The notes under the pieces were generated by a model. It was not told the origin of the DNA and ran no database searches. It was given only the letters and a program-made list of their open reading frames with translations. Of a DNA stretch of 64,000 nt, positions 59,079 to 64,000 are shown piece after piece. Source of the stretch: Polyangiaceae bacterium (GTDB lineage: Bacteria; Myxococcota_A; Polyangia; Polyangiales; Polyangiaceae); NCBI GenBank assembly GCA_033763455.1, contig JANRKO010000016.1, positions 54,772 to 118,771 of the forward strand. Direction: 5' to 3'. Position numbers and translations under genes: made by a program. The number at the start of each line of letters is the position of its first letter. Within the stretch, counting starts at the first letter, position 1.

Positions 59079-60044
59079 TCAGAGCGGTACAGGTACCCGA
59101 GTAACCACGTCACGCACCGCGGCTTCGGCTTCTTCACGACTCGGCATGTATCCGTCAGCGTGTGAAGCCAGGCGCACGCGATGTGCCAAGAGCGGAACAG
59201 CGAGATCGTGAATGTCATCGGCGATGCAATACCGACGGCCGTTCAGCAACGCCTTTGCTCGAGATGCCTGAGATAGATTCATGCCCGCGCGCGTCGAGGC
59301 TCCGAGCGAGAGTGTCGACGAGCTTCGCGTCGCTGTGATGAGAGCCTGCAGATAAGCGCCGAGTGCTGCGTCGATCTTGACGTGATCAACTTCGCTCTGG
59401 AGCCGCAAGAGAGTCGTTGGCTCGAGCACCGGGGCTACCTTGGCTGCTCGGTCTTGGGGGGGCTCAAGCATCAGCCGTGTTTCCACGGCCGCGGGGGGGT
59501 ATCCGATGCTTAACCGCACCATGAAACGATCCAGTTGGCTCTCCGGCAAAGGGAAAGTGCCAGAAAAATCCTGGGGATTTTGTGTGGCAATTACGAAAAA
59601 CGGGCTCGGTAGCGGTAGCGAACGGCCATCGATGGAAACCTGACCGTCGTTCATTGCTTCGAGCAACGCCGATTGCGTGCGCGGGCTAGCCCGGTTGATC
59701 TCATCGGCCAACAAGATGTTGCCAAAGATGGGCCCATGCTTGAGTACAAACTCACCGCGGTTGGAGTCGTAGATCGAAACACCGATCACATCGCTCGGAA
59801 GCAGATCGCTCGTGAACTGTACGCGCCGCATCTCTCCGCCAACAGCATTTGCAAGCGAGCGAGCGAGCGTGGTCTTACCAACACCCGGCACATCTTCAAT
59901 CAAGACATGGCCACGAGCGAGCAGCGCAAGGAGCGCCAACTCCACAACGTCCGACTTACCTTCGAGCGCTGATTCAACAGCGCTCCGCAGCCGACCCAAC
60001 TCAAGCGAGCCATAGGTTTCAGCGGCCAGGGCGGGTGAGCTCAT
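59079..60044 (-). CDS. MoxR-family AAA+ ATPase
   Basis: IEDVPGVGKT, RVQFTSDLLPSD, ADEINRASPRTQSALLEAM, ATQNP, LPESQLDRF. Confidence 0.96.
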   Translation of the reverse strand: MSSPALAAETYGSLELGRLRSAVESALEGKSDVVELALLALLARGHVLIEDVPGVGKTTLARSLANAVGGEMRRVQFTSDLLPSDVIGVSIYDSNRGEFVLKHGPIFGNILLADEINRASPRTQSALLEAMNDGQVSIDGRSLPLPSPFFVIATQNPQDFSGTFPLPESQLDRFMVRLSIGYPPAAVETRLMLEPPQDRAAKVAPVLEPTTLLRLQSEVDHVKIDAALGAYLQALITATRSSSTLSLGASTRAGMNLSQASRAKALLNGRRYCIADDIHDLAVPLLAHRVRLASHADGYMPSREEAEAAVRDVVTRVPVPL

Positions 60045-60215
60045 CGCGGCAATCCTAGCATGGGGTTCGCTATCTCCCGCCACCCCCCGTAAGCCTGTCT
60101 GTATTGCTTGCACCCCGGATCAGCGTCCGCTCGGGCGAGGTCTTTAGCGCCTAGCACACACATTGCGAAAACACGTCCGAGTTCTGTCACTGAGATTTGT
60201 GATATCTGAAGGGGA

Positions 60216-60866
60216 GTGGCTCAAATCCCGTGGATAGAGGTGCGCGAAGTCACCCGGCTTTTTGGGGCGACAGCAGCTCTTCGGGGCGTGAGCTGCCGCT
60301 TCGAGGCGGGAACCATCACGTTCATTCGGGGTTCGAATGGAGCTGGGAAAAGCACTCTGTTGGCCATCTTGGGAACCATGCTGGCACCAACGCGCGGCGC
60401 GCTTTGGTATGAGTCCGTGGGTGATGATCGCCAGTCCATTCGAGAACATCTGGGCTGGGTGGCGCATGATTCGCTCTGCTACCCGGAGCTGAGCGGTCGG
60501 GAAAATGTTGAGCTAGCGGCTCGCATGTTCGGAGTCGATCCCACTGCAGGCTGGAACGCGGCATCTGCGCGAGTAGGTGCCGAAGCGTTCGCGGACAGGC
60601 CGTTTGGAACTTTGAGCCGTGGCCAGCGTCAACGCGTGGCGCTGGCCCGTGCGCTGGTTCACTCGCCTTCCGTGTTGCTGCTGGATGAGCCGTGGTCTGG
60701 GCTCGATCAAGCGAGCAGCGAGCGCCTCGAGCAAGTTGCGCGCGAGGAGCGAGAGCGGGGTACGATTGTTGTGATTATTGCCCACGGGGACGAATGGTCC
60801 ACGCGGTTGAAGGCACGTTCGATTTTCGTCGAACGGGGGCGCATCGTTCAGCCCGAATCTGCATGA
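60216..60866 (+). CDS. ABC ATP-binding protein, CcmA-like
   Basis: GSNGAGKST, LSGREN, LSRGQRQR, LLLDEP, H-switch; 216 aa single NBD. Confidence 0.8.
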   Translation: MAQIPWIEVREVTRLFGATAALRGVSCRFEAGTITFIRGSNGAGKSTLLAILGTMLAPTRGALWYESVGDDRQSIREHLGWVAHDSLCYPELSGRENVELAARMFGVDPTAGWNAASARVGAEAFADRPFGTLSRGQRQRVALARALVHSPSVLLLDEPWSGLDQASSERLEQVAREERERGTIVVIIAHGDEWSTRLKARSIFVERGRIVQPESA

Positions 60867-61576
60867 AGGCACTCGGCTAGCGCCCCGACCTGCTCGGACT
60901 GGTCGCGAGGAACAGACCAAATGCGCGTCTCCCCGAGCCGAAGCGTCGCCCGTAGTTCGTGGAGTTCCCGGGCATTGGCACCCGTGCTGGCATCGCGGGG
61001 AGCCGCTTCGCTCAGGATGATGTGATCCACCGTGAGGCCGCGGTTGGATAGCGCTATCACCGTCGCACCCAGATCGTGAAGGACCCCCAAGCGGTCAGCC
61101 CCCACCAGCAGCACCCGGTCGGGCTTTAGCGCCAGGGCCAAGTCGGCATTCGTGCTTTCGTTGCTAAGCGGAGAAAAGGCACCGCCAGCGGTTTCTACCA
61201 AACACCAGAGCTGGCCTTCAGGGGAAAGCGCGGCCTGCTCCTGGTGGCGGACCCACGCCGTGATGACCGATATCTCGATGGTTTCGTTGGCACGGCGCGC
61301 GGCCAGGTGAGGCGAAACCGGATCGGGGAATCCGTACCGAGGGTGGGGGAGAATGCGGCCCGAACGCTCGCAGGCAATTTCGAGCGCGGCTGCGTCACTT
61401 CCCGCAGGTGCACCCAAGCCGACGCGCATCGACCCAGGGGGTATGCCCGACTCAACGGGCTTCAGCGCCAGTACCGCCGAGAAGCCCACTCGGCCACCCA
61501 ACGCTCGGGCGAGCGCCTCCGTAACCCAAGTTTTCCCGACGCCGGTGCCAGCGCCCAACACTACGATTCGCGGCAT
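60848..61576 (-). CDS. bioD: Dethiobiotin synthase
   Basis: GAGTGVGKT, KPVESG, SDA, PVSPHLAA, VETAGG. Confidence 0.95.
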   Translation of the reverse strand: MPRIVVLGAGTGVGKTWVTEALARALGGRVGFSAVLALKPVESGIPPGSMRVGLGAPAGSDAAALEIACERSGRILPHPRYGFPDPVSPHLAARRANETIEISVITAWVRHQEQAALSPEGQLWCLVETAGGAFSPLSNESTNADLALALKPDRVLLVGADRLGVLHDLGATVIALSNRGLTVDHIILSEAAPRDASTGANARELHELRATLRLGETRIWSVPRDQSEQVGALAECLHADSG

Positions 61577-62832
61577 GCTTTGCTAATCTCCTGGGCGAGC
61601 CGTTCGACATCCTGGATCCGGAGTGCCGAATTCAGCGTCACGCGTAGTCGCTCTGTACCTGGAGGGACAGTGGGGGATCGAATCGCCTGCGTAAGAATGC
61701 CCCGTTCGGCCAATATGGAAGCTGCCCTGAGAGCCCTGGCGTTGCTCCCAACTATTACCGGGACAATCGGTCCGAAAGACCTCCCAAAATCCACGCCTGC
61801 TTGGCCAAGGGCGTAGCGTAGGGTGGCCCCGAGTGCTTCCAAGTGGACCCTCTCCGACTCCATCGCCTGCACGCGTTTCACGTGAAACAGCGAAATCTGG
61901 GCCAAAACAGGGGAAGTGGCCGTGGAGAACAAGAAACTTCGTGCCCGATTCCACAGCCACGAACGGATGCTGGGGGAACAGGCCGCGAACGCTCCTTGGG
62001 TGCCAACTGCTTTCCCAAAGGTGCCCACCAATACATCCGGGCGAACCCTAGCTTCCGCACAACGGCCCGCTCCGGCAGGCCCAAAAATTCCGAGTGCATG
62101 TGCCTCGTCTACGATGAGCCCAGCCCCGTAGCGGCGGCAAATCGCCTCGACCGCGGCAAGGTCGGGCCCGTCCCCATCCATGCTGAAATACGACTCGGTA
62201 ACGAACCACTTCGCCGCGGTGTGCGGCAGCTGTGAAAGCGACCTCTCCAGTTCCGCAACGTTCAGATGGGGTACTTTAACCACCTGCGCTCGACTCAGGC
62301 GGCAGCCGTCTATGATAGATGCGTGGTTGAGGGCGTCGCTTAAAACAACGTCGCCGTCTCCAGCGAGAGCTCCGATTACCCCCAAGTTGGCGGCAAACCC
62401 ACTCGTGAAAAGCAGCGCCGACTCCTGGCCCACCCAGCTGGCGAGGGCCGACTCCAGCTCGGCGTGGGTCGAGCGGGATCCGTGGACCAAGCGGGAAGCC
62501 CCGGAGCCAGCGCATGTGGATGGGAGGTCGGGGGAGGAGTCCAGTGTTTCACGTGAAACAGCGCCCGACCGCGGAAGTGAGGAGTGGCTAGGCACCGCGG
62601 CCGTATCGACTGCTGGAGGTGGAGGCAGAGATGCGGAACTCCGGCTCACTCGCCAGGCAACATTACGACCCAACCCGAGGTAGTCATTGCTGCTCGCATC
62701 CACGAAGCAAACACCTAGCTGCCGCGCAGTGGCTTCCGCAAACGCCCGGGCTTCGCCACCATCAGGGTTCCGCAGCAGACCCCGGGCTTCAAGCTGACGA
62801 AGTTCCGCGTCGATCGCGTGATAGTGGGGCAC
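61561..62832 (-). CDS. bioF: 8-amino-7-oxononanoate synthase with an expanded loop
   Basis: SSNDYLGL, GSGASRL, SGFAAN, SDALNHASIIDG, ESYFSMDGD, VDEAH, GTFGKA, PTVPPGTERLR; start uncertain (GTG 62832). Confidence 0.95.
   Translation of the reverse strand: MPHYHAIDAELRQLEARGLLRNPDGGEARAFAEATARQLGVCFVDASSNDYLGLGRNVAWRVSRSSASLPPPPAVDTAAVPSHSSLPRSGAVSRETLDSSPDLPSTCAGSGASRLVHGSRSTHAELESALASWVGQESALLFTSGFAANLGVIGALAGDGDVVLSDALNHASIIDGCRLSRAQVVKVPHLNVAELERSLSQLPHTAAKWFVTESYFSMDGDGPDLAAVEAICRRYGAGLIVDEAHALGIFGPAGAGRCAEARVRPDVLVGTFGKAVGTQGAFAACSPSIRSWLWNRARSFLFSTATSPVLAQISLFHVKRVQAMESERVHLEALGATLRYALGQAGVDFGRSFGPIVPVIVGSNARALRAASILAERGILTQAIRSPTVPPGTERLRVTLNSALRIQDVERLAQEISKACRES
61874..61889. other. 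parS: parS site (1 mismatch)
   Basis: CGTTTCACGTGAAACA versus consensus TGTTTCACGTGAAACA. Confidence 0.85.
62545..62560. other. parS: parS site (perfect consensus)
   Basis: TGTTTCACGTGAAACA perfect 16-bp palindrome. Confidence 0.92.
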
Positions 62833-63121
62833 GAGGGCTGATCTAGCAGCAGAGCGGCCAAGCCCGAGAGTGAAATCTGGGAATAGTCCGCGAGAGGGGG
62901 GTGGGGAGGGATTCTGACCGGCTTTCGGAGCATGAGAACGAAAGGAACCGCTGCCAAATCGCAAATACACTGCCCGAGAACCATACGCATCCATTGATAC
63001 ACTGGTGTATTTTTACATATTCATTTGTAATTTCAGCTATCTATGGAACAACTCCCTCTTCTCGCAGCAAGGAAACTCTTGGCGCCGCCCAAGCGCTGAG
63101 CTGGACGGTCGGCCACTCCGT

Positions 63122-63796
63122 ATGTTGAGCGGCCGAGTTTTCGTGCAACCGAACGATCAAAAAGATACGATTGTATCTGTGCTGAGCGCCGACAAAGACC
63201 TATTGGCGCCCGGCCGCGGCCAATACGACCGGCTGGCGTCGCGTCGTGAGCGCGATCGGGAGCAACTGGAGCGTCTTCTGCACGCTACCGCGATAGCGTT
63301 TTCGAAATCGGCCGCGCCATCGGTCCGCGATGTGGTCACAGTCGCTGGCGTCTCACGCAATACGTTCTATCAGCACTTCTCGAACGTTGAGGAGGCTCTT
63401 CTCGCTTCGGCCGCTCACGCCGGAGCGGCACTGGATCGGGCACTTTCTTTGAGGCTTGCCGAAGAGCGCACTCCGGTGGCGCGCCTGCGGGCAGTGGTGC
63501 GCGGAAGCTGGGAATGGCTTGAGAGCGAAGTGCACTGGAACCATATTGTTCGGTTCACGCGCAGCACCAGCAACGGTCAATCTTCGTCCGCCCTCCGCCT
63601 GAGCTTTCACCGAGCTCTCTGCTCGTGCCTGGAGAGTTCATGGTTAGACATGCGGCAGCAAGGTAACATCAGTGAGCCAAGGCTGATTGCCGCGGTGGTT
63701 GGCCTGGAAGAGCTCACCCGCCGTTACCCCCGCCGCGACCTCAACGACAAATTGGAGGAAGAGATCGTCCAGGTGCTGGTGCGGCTCTTTCACTGA
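63122..63796 (+). CDS. TetR/AcrR-family transcriptional regulator
   Basis: HTH SVRDVVTVAGVSRNTFYQHF; start uncertain. Confidence 0.85.
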   Translation: MLSGRVFVQPNDQKDTIVSVLSADKDLLAPGRGQYDRLASRRERDREQLERLLHATAIAFSKSAAPSVRDVVTVAGVSRNTFYQHFSNVEEALLASAAHAGAALDRALSLRLAEERTPVARLRAVVRGSWEWLESEVHWNHIVRFTRSTSNGQSSSALRLSFHRALCSCLESSWLDMRQQGNISEPRLIAAVVGLEELTRRYPRRDLNDKLEEEIVQVLVRLFH

Positions 63797-64000
63797 GCTT
63801 TCCGAAGGGCAGCGTTCAGCGCTTTCCATTCCTGGGCGGGGGTGCTAATGTCGCGTGTTGATGTGCGTCACGAAGCTGCAGCTGACCAGCGGGTGCCGGC
63901 CTGGAGACGATCCGGGTCGAAGTCTCGTCAGCGGAAATACCGAAAGGTCGTTGTATCGAGTCTTGCGTCTTGCATCGCGAGGTGCCGGGCGAAGCGTAGA

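Noticed and set aside
62833..62994. Extended bioF N-terminus in the ORF track
   Set aside because: No similarity to BioF; homology begins near IDAELRQLEARGLLR, so GTG 62832 is preferred.
63928..64000. Possible C-terminus of a minus-strand gene (LRFARHLAMQDARLDTTTFRYFR*)
   Set aside because: Too short at the window edge to assign.

Overview
GC-rich, gene-dense bacterial chromosome segment. It is inferred to be myxobacterial (Myxococcota, probably Polyangiaceae/Sorangiineae) from its Gly/Ala-rich Cys lipoproteins, DnaJ-TPR and Zn-ribbon-TPR proteins, CorE-like sigma factor and sigma-54 promoters. Most genes are housekeeping: thiolase, purC, chorismate mutase, xylFGH, trmL, trpS, rph, queE, add, rnr, an RlmL-type methyltransferase, serS, tyrA, rpe, MoxR-DUF58-transglutaminase, bioD and bioF. 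There is also a small copper-resistance cluster (~9.2-14.4 kb). No rRNA, tRNA, CRISPR array or intact mobile element was seen. Main observations: (1) two parS centromere palindromes lie inside the bioF coding sequence, one in an expanded loop, suggesting an origin-proximal region; (2) a heme-c-fused PHM/DBH-type copper monooxygenase lipoprotein is paired with a His-motif lipoprotein; (3) a DAHP synthase homolog lacking its catalytic residues is coupled to tyrA; (4) a DHH phosphoesterase has permuted motif order; (5) adjacent GNAT and cNMP-binding genes resemble a split cAMP-regulated acetyltransferase; (6) a probable CTG start codon follows serS; (7) a decayed vapC toxin relic was missed by the ORF track; (8) several genes show a leaderless-promoter signature. 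All family calls come from motif recognition by eye; no searches were run.
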